From an uncultured Acidobacteriota bacterium (GTDB lineage Bacteria; Acidobacteriota; UBA6911), in NCBI GenBank assembly GCA_963827655.1, contig CAWHCF010000049.1, positions 160,001-224,000 on the forward strand: 64,000 nucleotides of DNA. Reading direction: 5' to 3'. This document shows positions 53,374 through 62,915 of the stretch, piece after piece. The notes beneath the pieces are model-generated. The model had not been told where the DNA came from. It made no database searches and saw only the letters and a list, made by a program, of their open reading frames with translations. Made by a program: the position numbers and the translations under genes. The stretch's first letter is position 1; every line of letters starts with the position of its first letter.

Positions 53374-53439
53374 GTCTACGCGCACGTGCACGACCACGTC
53401 AACGTTGACGTGCACGTGCTCGTGGACGTGGTCGTAATC
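53374..53439. repeat. Hexamer (GnnnnC)11 quasi-palindromic array
   Basis: gtctac gcgcac gtgcac gaccac gtcaac | gttgac gtgcac gtgctc gtggac gtggtc gtaatc. Confidence 0.8.
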
Positions 53440-53550
53440 GGCTTTTGCCACGTCCGGGGGTTAGCCTAGGCGTGCCGGGCCTTCGGCCCTGTTCGCGCGA
53501 AATCTCAAAGACTGCATCACGGGTGGCATGCTATAAGTACCGCCTCAATA

Positions 53551-53581
53551 CGATTGACGATTTACGATTGACGATTGACGA
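53551..53581 (+). repeat. Heptamer tandem (GATTGAC)n, one arm only
   Basis: cgattgacgatttacgattgacgattgacga directly before the DUF971 ribosome-binding site. Confidence 0.85.
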
Positions 53582-53590
53582 GGAAACGGC

Positions 53591-53962
53591 TTGACTTATT
53601 TACGGCCTACTCTGGTTAAACGTGTGAGTCCCACTCAAACGGATGTGACCTGGAACGACGGGCATTTCAGTTCTTATCCATCCTGGTATCTCCGTCAGAA
53701 CTGTCCTTGCGCTTCCTGCGTCGAGGAGCTTACAGGTCGGCGCAAGATTCTCGAAGGGAGTATTCCGGCGAACTTGCAGAGGCTCAATGTGGAGCCTGTG
53801 GGAAACTACGCGCTCAACTTCCAGTGGAGCGACAGTCACGGCACAGGGATTTATACCTTCGATTACCTGCGCCAGCTCTGTCCTTGCGCGGAGTGTCTCC
53901 CCGAAGGTCTTGCAGAACCTGACATCCGGGCGGGGAGAAAACCGGGTTCTTTCGAAGTATGA
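53591..53962 (+). CDS. DUF971 (GBBH-like N-terminal) domain protein
   Basis: W.DGH.S.Y...LR..CPCA.C, VGNYA...WSD.H.TGIY. Confidence 0.9.
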   Translation: MTYLRPTLVKRVSPTQTDVTWNDGHFSSYPSWYLRQNCPCASCVEELTGRRKILEGSIPANLQRLNVEPVGNYALNFQWSDSHGTGIYTFDYLRQLCPCAECLPEGLAEPDIRAGRKPGSFEV

Positions 53963-53971
53963 GAAGAGACT

Positions 53972-55282
53972 TTGGATCGGGATCCTAAGCTCATCCGGGC
54001 CGTAGGTCGGTGGGATCTTACCGCTCTGGCAATTAACGGGGTAATCGGCTCGTCGATTTTTGCGCTTCCCGCCAGCGTGGCTCAGCTCACCGGGTCATGG
54101 AGCGCTTTGGCCTGCCTGATGTGCGCCGGAATCGTCCTGCTGATCGTCCTCTGCTTTGCTGAGCTTTCCAGCCTGTTTTCCGGGACGGGGGGGCCGTACC
54201 TCTACGCGCGGGAGGCTTTTGGCGACACCACGGCCTTGGTTGCAGGCTGGATGATGTGGCTTGCCCGGGTGACCGCCTATGCCGCGAATTCGAACCTCCT
54301 GGTCTCCTTCGTGGCCTATTTCGTTCCGGCGCTGAAAGAACCGGCGCCACGCGCCATTTTCTTGACCGCCACGTCGGTTTTTTTTGCCTGGGTAAACATC
54401 CGTGGCGTTCGCCAGAGCGCCTATGTGGGCGACATTCTGGCCGCGTCCAAGATGGTTCCCATGCTGGCCTTCGTGGCGATCGGAATGTTCTTCATCGACT
54501 CCCGACTTATCGATTTCGGCACAAAACCCGCATCCGGGGACTTTGGCCAGGCGGTACTGCTTTACATTTTTGCCTTCACCGGCTTTGAATTTGCAGCCAT
54601 TCCGGCCGGTGAGGCGGTCGCGCCCAAGAAGCACCTCCCGCAGGCGATGCTGTCGGCACTGGGAATTGCGGCGATCCTCTATACCGGTATCCAGATCGTC
54701 TGCCTTGGAACCTTGCCCGGGCTGGAGCGTTCCCAGACGGCCATGGCGGATGCAGGCGAGCGATTCCTGGGCTCGGTAGGGGGGCAGATCATCGCTGTTA
54801 CCGCGCTGGCTTCCATATCAGGCAATCTAAGCGGGATGGCCCTGGTCGCGCCCCGTCTGACTTATGCCCTGGGGAAAGATGGTCTGCTTCCCAGGGCTCT
54901 GGCTGCTGTCCATTCCCGTTACCACACCCCCTATGTTTCGATCGTTCTGTTCAGCAGTCTCACCCTGTTCCTGGCACTCTCCGGGACCTTCGTCGGCATG
55001 GTCAGGATAAGCTCGGTGGCACGAATCATCACGTATGCCCTGGCTTGCCTCGCGGTTCCGGTGTTGCGGCGAAAGCGCCCCGAAGATCCTGATCGATTTC
55101 GTCTTAGGGGCGGATACGCGGTCCCCGCCCTGGCGATCGGTCTCTGCCTCTGGCTTCTCGGCCAGAGCCAGCGAAGGGATGCGCTGACCGCGGGCGCGGC
55201 TCTTGCGGCAGGGTTCGTCTTATATGGCGGGACGGTGTTATGGAGGCGGTGGACGGGTACTCCGAGCGCCGGGCGTGTCTAA
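53972..55282 (+). CDS. APC-family amino acid permease
   Basis: N..IGS.IF, AEL.S.F..TGG.Y.Y..EAFG, FAFTGFE, PR..YA...DG..P; about 12 TM helices. Confidence 0.9.
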   Translation: MDRDPKLIRAVGRWDLTALAINGVIGSSIFALPASVAQLTGSWSALACLMCAGIVLLIVLCFAELSSLFSGTGGPYLYAREAFGDTTALVAGWMMWLARVTAYAANSNLLVSFVAYFVPALKEPAPRAIFLTATSVFFAWVNIRGVRQSAYVGDILAASKMVPMLAFVAIGMFFIDSRLIDFGTKPASGDFGQAVLLYIFAFTGFEFAAIPAGEAVAPKKHLPQAMLSALGIAAILYTGIQIVCLGTLPGLERSQTAMADAGERFLGSVGGQIIAVTALASISGNLSGMALVAPRLTYALGKDGLLPRALAAVHSRYHTPYVSIVLFSSLTLFLALSGTFVGMVRISSVARIITYALACLAVPVLRRKRPEDPDRFRLRGGYAVPALAIGLCLWLLGQSQRRDALTAGAALAAGFVLYGGTVLWRRWTGTPSAGRV

Positions 55283-55705
55283 GTACCGCCGAAGGGAAGT
55301 ACCGGCCGTGAGAAGCTGAGAAAAAATCAGGTCTGTGGCGCGGGTCATCCGAGACTGTCGCAAAACTCAGATTGCCCTGGTAGTGTGGCTCAGACAGTCT
55401 TCCGAGCACCCTGTGGCGACGGGCCATTGGCCCGTCGCAAGTAACGGAATCGCTATGCCTTAACCTTAAAAAGTTTAGTAGTGCCCCTCGGGAGCCGGAC
55501 GGGCTTGATGAGCCCGTCCGCACATGTATCGGGGGGTGTGCGCGCCGGTGGGGTGTGCAACGCGCCTTGCGCCGCGCCCGCGAATAGCCGATCTCCAGAC
55601 CCAAGCCAAGGGCCTCCCGGTCAATCGAGGGTCATTCGCTGAAGTCTTTCACACCTGAGACCGGGATCGGACGAGCCATTAACCGACTAAGTCACTCTCA
55701 GGCAA
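55283..55705 (+). ncRNA. Large structured ncRNA, OLE-RNA-like (compact variant)
   Basis: Several perfect 8-10 bp stems, a long-range closing helix, and ordered motifs AAGGGAAGT / GAGAAAAAA / GGTCTGTGGCGCGGGT / ACTGTC..GACAGT / CCTGTG / GGGAG / GGGTGT / TAGCC / GCTGAAG / GACTAAG resembling the recalled OLE consensus. Confidence 0.7.
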
Positions 55706-55861
55706 TAAAATACCGCCAAGACGCAAAGTTTAAAGTACTGAGAAACTTTGCTTTGGTTCCTGCCTCTCTCTCAGAGTAAAATATGCGGTTTGTGTTCTTA
55801 GCGTCCAACCGGGAAGATTCTCTTTCAATAAAGGGAGGTTCTCTTCAACAAGGTAAGCATT

Positions 55862-58800
55862 GTGAGCGATTTTTCCAACAAGAGTGAACTTCTAGAGCAG
55901 CTGCTGGCCCAGCGCATCGCCATTATCGACGGGGCGATGGGCACCATGATCCAGCGTTACCAACTTGACGAAAAAGGCTATCGCGGGGAGCAGTTTGCGG
56001 ATTTTCCGCACGATCTCAAGGGGAATAACGACCTCCTTTCGCTGACCCAGCCCGCAATCATTGAAACTATTCACCGGCAGTACCTGGAAGCCGGTGCCGA
56101 CATCGTTGAGACCAACACGTTCAACTCGAACGGCGTCTCGATGGCTGATTACAAGATGGAGGGGCTGGTCTACGACCTCAATCTGGCAGGCGCAAAGGTG
56201 GCGCGCCGCGCTGCCGATGCCGTGATGGCGGGCGATCCCAATCGGCCTCGTTTTGTAGCCGGCGCGATGGGGCCGACGAACCGGACCGCATCGATGTCGC
56301 CGGACGTCAATAACCCGGCTTTCCGCTCGGTTTCTTACGACCAGCTGGTCAGCGCCTATCACGAACAGGTGCGCGGTCTGATGGACGGGGGCGTGGATCT
56401 GCTCATCGTTGAAACGGTCTTCGATACGCTGAATTGCAAAGCGGCGCTCTTCGCTATCGAGAACTATTTCGAGGAAAAAGGACGTCGCGTCCCGGTGATG
56501 GTTTCGGTCACCATAACCGATGCGAGTGGGCGCACTCTTTCGGGGCAGACGCTTGAGGCTTTCTGGAATTCCATATCGCATGCTCCCTTGCTGAGCGTCG
56601 GAATCAATTGCGCGCTCGGAGCCAAGGATATGCGCCCTTATATCGAGGAACTGTCGAGCCTGGCGCCGATCTTTGTCACCTGCTACCCGAATGCCGGCTT
56701 GCCCAATGCGTTCGGGGAATACGACCAATCCCCCGAGGAAATGGCGGCTCTATTGAGAGACTTTGCCGCCAACGGGTGGCTGAACGCGGTGGGCGGATGT
56801 TGCGGCACGACTCCGGCCCACATTCGAGCCATCAGCGAGGCGGTTCGCGATTTCCAGGCCCGGATTCCTGCCAGTCCCGAACCCTATACTCGCTTGAGCG
56901 GGCTCGAGCCGCTGACCATAAGACCCGACACTCTGTTCGTGAACGTCGGAGAGCGAACCAACGTTACCGGTTCACCCAGGTTCTCCAAACTGGTTCTCGG
57001 CGGAAACTATGAGGATGCGCTGCCGATTGCACGCCAGCAGGTGGAAGGCGGAGCGCAGATTGTCGATGTCAACATGGATGAGGCCATGCTCGACTCAGAA
57101 AAGGCAATGAGCACTTTTCTCAGTCTGGTTGCATCCGAACCTGACATCGCCCGCGTTCCGATCATGATCGACAGCTCTAAATGGTCGGTCATCGAGGCAG
57201 GGTTGAAGTGCGTCCAGGGCAAAGCCGTTGTGAACTCTATCAGTCTCAAAGAGGGTGAAGAGGTCTTCAGGCGCCATGCCCGGCTGGTACGGCGCTTCGG
57301 CGCCGCGGTCATCGTCATGGCTTTTGATGAAAAAGGACAGGCGGATACAGTAGAACGGAAGGTCGAAATCTGCACTCGCGCGTTCCGTATACTGACCGAA
57401 GAAGTGGGCTTTCCGCCTCAGGACATCATCTTCGACCCGAACATCCTTACGGTTGCTACTGGAATCGAGGAGCATAACCGCTACGCGGTTAATTTCATCG
57501 AGGCCACTCGGATCATCAAGGCTACCCTCCCGCTTTGCAAAGTGAGCGGCGGCGTCAGCAACATCTCTTTCTCTTTTCGCGGCAACAATCTCGTGCGCGA
57601 GGCGATGCACTCGGCGTTTCTTTATCACGCGGTCCAGGCCGGGATGGACATGGGGATCGTGAATGCCGGACAGCTGGCAGTCTACGAAGAAATCCCAAAG
57701 GATTTGCTCGAGCTGGTAGAAGATGTTCTCTTCGATCGCCGGCCTGACGCAACGGAGCGGCTCATCCGGTTTGCGGAGTCCGTCAAGCAGCGGGGAAAAG
57801 CGGAGGTGAAGGAAGACGCCTGGCGTGAAGGCACGGTCGAAGACCGCCTCTCTCACGCTCTGGTGAAGGGCATCGTTGATTTCATAGACGCAGACATCGA
57901 AGAAGCCCGGCAGAAATATGACAGGCCGCTTTCGGTAATCGAGGGCCCGCTCATGGCCGGAATGAATATCGTGGGAGATCTTTTCGGCGCCGGGAAGATG
58001 TTCCTGCCGCAGGTCGTCAAGAGCGCAAGGGTAATGAAGAAGGCCGTTGCCTACCTCCTTCCCTTCATGGAAGCCGAAAAGCAAGCTTCAGGCGGCGGGC
58101 AGGCGCAAGGAAAGATCGTCCTGGCCACAGTCAAGGGCGACGTGCACGATATCGGCAAGAATATTGTCGGTGTGGTGCTTGCTTGTAACAATTACCAGAT
58201 CATCGATCTTGGTGTCATGGTGCCCTGCGAGAAGATACTGAACACGGCTCGTGAAGAAGGGGCGCACATGATCGGCCTGAGCGGATTGATAACACCCTCG
58301 CTCGACGAGATGGTGCATGTGGCGCGTGAAATGGGACGTCAGGGGTTCAAGATTCCCCTCCTGATCGGCGGAGCCACCACAAGCCGGATCCACACGGCGG
58401 TCAAGATTGCCCCAGCCTACCAGGAACCGGTCGTGCATGTGCTCGATGCTTCACGCGCCGTCGGGGTGGTTGGGAAACTGATCAATCCGGAATTGAAAGT
58501 CGAGCTTGCCGCAAGGAATCAGCAAGAACAAGAACGGGCCCGCGAACAACATCTGGGACAAAAAGCGCAGCGGGCTCTCCTGAAGATCGAGGAGGCTCGC
58601 GCTCGAAAACCGCGGCTCGATTGGAACAGGACCGACGTGCCCAGGCCGGCTTTTACGGGGGTGCGCGCTTTGGACCGGTTTCCGCTTCAGGACATCGCTC
58701 GCATGATCGATTGGACTCCATTTTTCCACACCTGGGAACTGCGGGGACGGTATCCTCAGATTTTTGACGATCCGACTGTGGGCAGCAAGGCGAGGGAACT

Positions 58801-59584
58801 ATTCGACGACGCCCAGAAACTGTTGGATCAAATCGTGAGTCAAAAATTGCTCACCGCAAGGGGAGTCTACGGTTTCTTCCCGGCCAACAGTGTGGGAGAC
58901 GACATCGAGATCTACACGGATGAATCCCGTTCGAAGGTGTTGACTGCTTTCCACACGCTGCGCCAGCAAACCGACAAGCCGGAAGGCCAGTTCAACCACG
59001 CGCTCGCGGACTTCATCGCGCCGAAATCAACCGGTATCGAGGATTACCTGGGCGGTTTCGCCGTTACCACAGGGTTCGGCGTTGAGGCGCTCTGCGAACA
59101 CTTCGAGCGAGACCACGATGACTATAACTCGATAATGACCAAGGCTCTTGCCGACCGTCTGGCCGAGGCTTTCGCCGAGTTGCTGCACAAGCGAGCCCGC
59201 GAGGATTGGGGCTACGGTCACCAGGAAAAGTTGAGCCTTGAAGACTTGATCAGGGAGCGCTATCGGGGCATCCGTCCGGCGCCCGGCTATCCCGCTTGTC
59301 CCGACCACACTGAAAAGCGACTTTTGTTTGACCTGCTTGAGGTGGAGCAAAACGCCGGCATCTATCTCACCGAGACCTGCGCAATGTATCCTGCCAGCTC
59401 GGTCAGCGGCCTCTATTTCGCGCATCCTGACGCCACCTATTTCGCGGTGGGTAAGATCGGTCGCGACCAGGTCGCCGACTATCAACGCCGCAAGGGCATG
59501 GACCTTCGAACCATTGAGCGCTGGTTGGCGCCCAACCTTGCCTACGATCCGGAAGAGGTCGAAGTGGTGGCCACCAGGAGCTAG
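55862..59584 (+). CDS. metH: Cobalamin-dependent methionine synthase
   Basis: [30 protein letters not shown]12 motif, [22 protein letters not shown]. Confidence 0.98.
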   Translation: MSDFSNKSELLEQLLAQRIAIIDGAMGTMIQRYQLDEKGYRGEQFADFPHDLKGNNDLLSLTQPAIIETIHRQYLEAGADIVETNTFNSNGVSMADYKMEGLVYDLNLAGAKVARRAADAVMAGDPNRPRFVAGAMGPTNRTASMSPDVNNPAFRSVSYDQLVSAYHEQVRGLMDGGVDLLIVETVFDTLNCKAALFAIENYFEEKGRRVPVMVSVTITDASGRTLSGQTLEAFWNSISHAPLLSVGINCALGAKDMRPYIEELSSLAPIFVTCYPNAGLPNAFGEYDQSPEEMAALLRDFAANGWLNAVGGCCGTTPAHIRAISEAVRDFQARIPASPEPYTRLSGLEPLTIRPDTLFVNVGERTNVTGSPRFSKLVLGGNYEDALPIARQQVEGGAQIVDVNMDEAMLDSEKAMSTFLSLVASEPDIARVPIMIDSSKWSVIEAGLKCVQGKAVVNSISLKEGEEVFRRHARLVRRFGAAVIVMAFDEKGQADTVERKVEICTRAFRILTEEVGFPPQDIIFDPNILTVATGIEEHNRYAVNFIEATRIIKATLPLCKVSGGVSNISFSFRGNNLVREAMHSAFLYHAVQAGMDMGIVNAGQLAVYEEIPKDLLELVEDVLFDRRPDATERLIRFAESVKQRGKAEVKEDAWREGTVEDRLSHALVKGIVDFIDADIEEARQKYDRPLSVIEGPLMAGMNIVGDLFGAGKMFLPQVVKSARVMKKAVAYLLPFMEAEKQASGGGQAQGKIVLATVKGDVHDIGKNIVGVVLACNNYQIIDLGVMVPCEKILNTAREEGAHMIGLSGLITPSLDEMVHVAREMGRQGFKIPLLIGGATTSRIHTAVKIAPAYQEPVVHVLDASRAVGVVGKLINPELKVELAARNQQEQERAREQHLGQKAQRALLKIEEARARKPRLDWNRTDVPRPAFTGVRALDRFPLQDIARMIDWTPFFHTWELRGRYPQIFDDPTVGSKARELFDDAQKLLDQIVSQKLLTARGVYGFFPANSVGDDIEIYTDESRSKVLTAFHTLRQQTDKPEGQFNHALADFIAPKSTGIEDYLGGFAVTTGFGVEALCEHFERDHDDYNSIMTKALADRLAEAFAELLHKRAREDWGYGHQEKLSLEDLIRERYRGIRPAPGYPACPDHTEKRLLFDLLEVEQNAGIYLTETCAMYPASSVSGLYFAHPDATYFAVGKIGRDQVADYQRRKGMDLRTIERWLAPNLAYDPEEVEVVATRS

Positions 59585-59632
59585 GATTCAGGATCTAGGA
59601 TTCTAGATGCTAATCCTGAATCCTGTTCTAGA
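59581..59632. repeat. Degenerate inverted heptamer array (AGGATTC/CTAGGAT)
   Basis: ctaggattcaggatctaggattctag ... aatcctgaatcctg between convergent metH and Nramp-like genes. Confidence 0.7.
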
Positions 59633-61046
59633 GTCGCTGTAGCGTCAGGACGATGTAGTAGCCCATGAAGAGCATGATGATCGCCGTTGCCAGCCACACG
59701 GCGACCTTGATGAAAGGCGGAGGCAAGATTTCCTTGGGCAGATGCCGAGTCAAGAGGTAGACCGTGGCGGCGCCAATGACCGGAAGCATGAACGACTGGG
59801 CCAGTCCGCCCGCGACCACCATCTTCACCGGAGATCTGAGAAATAGATAGAGGATCACCGGGACCACGGTTAGAAAGACGATCAGCCACCGGCGGTACTG
59901 GACGCGCCGTGCATAGTCATCGGCCTCAAAAAACCCCATCAGGCGGAACATATCGGCGAAAACGCGGGAGTTGGCGGCTGTCGCCGCAAAAATAGTTCCA
60001 TAGAGCGTGGCGATGGCTCCGGCATAGAACAGCCACAACGACCAGGCCCCTAGCGTCTGAGTATAGATGTTGGAAAGCACGGGGATCATGTCGTCGGCGG
60101 CTGGGACTTGCCCCATGCCGTGCAGTATGCCGGCTCCGAGGAAATAGAACGCAATGGTCGCGACCGTGTAGATCACCATCGATGCGATAATGTCGATGTG
60201 CATCACGCGGATCCAGCCCCTCGCCCGGCGGAGCCATGCCGGTGTCAGGTCCCGTTTGCCGCTGAAGCGGGCGTACCCTTTTTCGACGCACCAGTAGGGG
60301 TACATGAAAAGTTCCGATGCCCCGACACCCGTAATCCCGAACACGGCTACCGCCGTTGCGAATCCTTCTCCCGGCAGCCGAAATTTGAATCCTTCAAAAA
60401 CATCCTTCCAGGAGAAATACTGAGGCATTCGAGTCAGCACAATGGCGGCAAGAAAGGTCAGGGTGGTAAAGAACCCGACCTTCACCAACGCGAGGCGCTC
60501 AATTCTCTCGTAGCCGCCTCCGAGTAGCAGAAATAGAGTAAGAATCAAGAAGACGAACACCCACGCATTCACCGGCAGGATCGGCAAAAGTAAATTCATT
60601 ACCTGGGCGACCCCGCCGAACATCGCCCCGACCTGCAGCAGCGTCATCAAGACCATCAGCGCCCAGGACCAGACCACCCAGTTTACCTTCCAGCGCGGAC
60701 CGGGAACCCGGTTGAAACCCTCGAGCCCCGTCTCTCCGGTGGCGATCACGTAACGTCCCATTTCCGCCTGGATGGCAGGCTTGATAAGACAACTTAAAAC
60801 GATCACCCAGAGAGCCGCGTAACCAACCTGCGCGCCCAGAGTCGTCGTAGCGATTAGCTCGCCCGAGCCGACGATGGAAGAGGCCAGAATCATCCCCGGA
60901 CCGATCCGGCGCAGAGCCGCAAGAGTGGACTTGGGTGCGTCGGCTATATCCTCCTGACGAAGCTGGTAAGGATCCGCTGCGCCGGAGGAAACGGGCGAGG
61001 TTTGATGGGGGCTGACTGGAACTTGCCGGGGATTGGGCTCGCGCAT
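59628..61046 (-). CDS. Nramp/MntH-superfamily transporter (YcsG-like)
   Basis: IGPG...SIVGSGELI.T..GA..G, FGITGVGASE, Y.YWC.EKGY; about 11 TM helices. Confidence 0.8.
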   Translation of the reverse strand: MREPNPRQVPVSPHQTSPVSSGAADPYQLRQEDIADAPKSTLAALRRIGPGMILASSIVGSGELIATTTLGAQVGYAALWVIVLSCLIKPAIQAEMGRYVIATGETGLEGFNRVPGPRWKVNWVVWSWALMVLMTLLQVGAMFGGVAQVMNLLLPILPVNAWVFVFLILTLFLLLGGGYERIERLALVKVGFFTTLTFLAAIVLTRMPQYFSWKDVFEGFKFRLPGEGFATAVAVFGITGVGASELFMYPYWCVEKGYARFSGKRDLTPAWLRRARGWIRVMHIDIIASMVIYTVATIAFYFLGAGILHGMGQVPAADDMIPVLSNIYTQTLGAWSLWLFYAGAIATLYGTIFAATAANSRVFADMFRLMGFFEADDYARRVQYRRWLIVFLTVVPVILYLFLRSPVKMVVAGGLAQSFMLPVIGAATVYLLTRHLPKEILPPPFIKVAVWLATAIIMLFMGYYIVLTLQRL

Positions 61047-61249
61047 GATTCTCTCGGGTTTCCTTTGTCCTAGGGCTCGCGCAGAAATAACTTCGCATTC
61101 TGGCGCGAGAGTCGGTGATCAATTTTGAACCTGTTTTCTCTTGGCTGCGTAGTCTGGCACCCTCTGGATCGCGCCCCTTCGGGCTGCGGGCCTGCAGGAG
61201 AATGTGAGTTTCTGCGCGAACCCCTCAGGGTTTTCGCGGGTGAACAGCG

Positions 61250-62092
61250 TCAAAGCGACTGAAGAAAGTCTCGCAAACGGGCGATGTAATCTCCTCCTGC
61301 CACCCAGGGCAGGTCATTATGGCCTGCGCCGGGCACTTCATAGAACTGTTTTGGAGGCTGAGCCAGGTCGTACAACTTTTTTCCCATGCGAAAAGGGACA
61401 ATTTCGTCCCGGTTACCGTGGATGATCAATTTCGGACAGCGTATGCCTGCGATCTTGGCCACGGAATCGAAGTGGACTCGTGCGATGGGTTGCAGAAGTC
61501 CAATCGGAAGGATCGTCTTCGCCATGTCCCAAGCGGTGGTGAAAGGGGATTGCAGGATCAACCCTGTTACGGGCGCTCTCGAGGCGAGATCCACCGCCAC
61601 CGATCCGCCAATCGATTCTCCGACCAGGACCAGTTTTTCCCCCGAGGCTGCCCGCTCTCGCGTCCACCATTCATAGGCAGCGCGCGCATCCCGATACAAA
61701 CCTTCTTCGAAAGGCTGCCCTTCGCTCTTGCCGTAACCGCGATAGTCGATGATCAAGACATGACCGGCCGCCTCATGGAGCATTTTGATCCAGTGCACCC
61801 TATGACTGATGTTCCCTGCGTTCCCATGAAAAACCAACAGGGTACTCCGGGATTTCGGATGAGGGACGAACCAGCCGTGAAGTCTCACTTTATCCTCGGT
61901 AACCAGGAAGATGTCCTGGTAGTGAAGCCCTACCATCGATGGACTGGTGTCGACGTCCTTCGTGGGATAGTAGACGAATAAGCGTTCCAGCGCCCTCGTT
62001 GTCATGGAAACTATTATCACGAACAGTAATAGTCCGGTAAAGAGCCAGTGCCTCCTTAGAAATATGACGGCAGCATTCCAGGTCAGGGTCAT
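61250..62092 (-). CDS. Alpha/beta hydrolase (ABHD13/Bem46-like) with N-terminal membrane anchor
   Basis: FHGNAGN, DYRGYG.SEG, GESIGG nucleophile elbow, HG..DE.VP, GAGHND. Confidence 0.9.
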   Translation of the reverse strand: MTLTWNAAVIFLRRHWLFTGLLLFVIIVSMTTRALERLFVYYPTKDVDTSPSMVGLHYQDIFLVTEDKVRLHGWFVPHPKSRSTLLVFHGNAGNISHRVHWIKMLHEAAGHVLIIDYRGYGKSEGQPFEEGLYRDARAAYEWWTRERAASGEKLVLVGESIGGSVAVDLASRAPVTGLILQSPFTTAWDMAKTILPIGLLQPIARVHFDSVAKIAGIRCPKLIIHGNRDEIVPFRMGKKLYDLAQPPKQFYEVPGAGHNDLPWVAGGDYIARLRDFLQSL

Positions 62093-62448
62093 GTCGCGTC
62101 CAGAGAGTCGATTCTAGCACCTCTTTGCTCACCATGGTCGCCAGTCGGCAATTTCCGGAATCCTCGATCAGATCAATCATTAGGCGTGAAGAACGTCAAT
62201 CAAGCAAACCGGGAAAATTTCCCGCCGTCTGATTTACGCCCCATCCATCATCTCTGACAGCTGTTCCTCTTGTCGGCGCACCCGCAATTTGTTGCTGAGT
62301 ATCGGAGAACACCTGGTCACCACGCTTCGAGAACGACCCATTCTTTGAACTGGTTCGCGAATTGCTCTGCCTCTGGTCCGTGTTTGTTTAGTGGTTTTCG
62401 AGAGCTAGGCTATGGCGCAGTCGCGCCATGGCGCGAGGGAGTTGAAAC

Positions 62449-62598
62449 GTGCTCTGGACTGTGTTTGCGATCCTGCTGATCTTGTCGCTTCAAATGGCCG
62501 TGACTGCGGGGACACTCGGCGGGATCATACATTTCTTGCTGATGGTAGCAATCGCTAGCGTACTCGTTCAGTTCCTCCAGAATCGCAGAGCCGTTTAA
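62449..62598 (+). CDS. lmo0937-family (DUF5670) small membrane protein, 49 aa
   Basis: MLWTVFAILLIL...TLGGIIHFLLMVAI...NRRAV; GGGAG ribosome-binding site; below the ORF-track cutoff. Confidence 0.8.
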   Translation: MLWTVFAILLILSLQMAVTAGTLGGIIHFLLMVAIASVLVQFLQNRRAV

Positions 62599-62635
62599 GA
62601 TTCCGGCTGAGTTACATGATGGAAGGAGAGCGTCT

Positions 62636-62794
62636 ATGACACTTGGAACGATCCTGGTTGTCTTGCTTATTCTAATCCTCCTCGGCGCACTTCCGAGTTG
62701 GCCCTATAGCCGAAGCTGGGGTTACTATCCAAGCGGCCTGTTGGGAACCATTCTCGTTATTGTGATCGTATTACTGCTACTTGGCCGGTTGTAG
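62636..62794 (+). CDS. DUF3309-family small membrane protein, 52 aa
   Basis: MTLGTILVVLLILILLGALPSWPYSRSWGYYPSG...LLGRL; AAGGAG ribosome-binding site. Confidence 0.9.
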   Translation: MTLGTILVVLLILILLGALPSWPYSRSWGYYPSGLLGTILVIVIVLLLLGRL

Positions 62795-62915
62795 GACTAC
62801 TGCCCGCTCGACTGAACCGGTTATCCTGGCAATAGAGCACGCCCCTTGAAGGCTGCGTAAGCCTTCATGAGCAGGACTATCCAAGCCCAGAGCTGGCATG
62901 AATACCGGAGATGGC

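Noticed and set aside
55104-55604. 166-aa minus-strand ORF over the structured region
   Set aside because: Arg/Ser/Pro-rich shadow composition, overlaps the permease antisense, no recognisable domain.
55283-55861. Cobalamin or SAM riboswitch upstream of metH
   Set aside because: AAGGGAA is present, but I see no GGTG-AA-TCC T-loop, GCCACTG or B12-box (AGYCAGRAGACC), and no SAM-I ATC..GAG/GGCAACC/GGTGC core. The motif order fits OLE better, and a separate TAAAAT -10 candidate lies near 55777.
57095-58084. Long antisense ORFs (e.g. 57095-58084, 23181-24467, 55892-56728)
   Set aside because: Shadow ORFs of GC-rich sense genes with no domain signatures.
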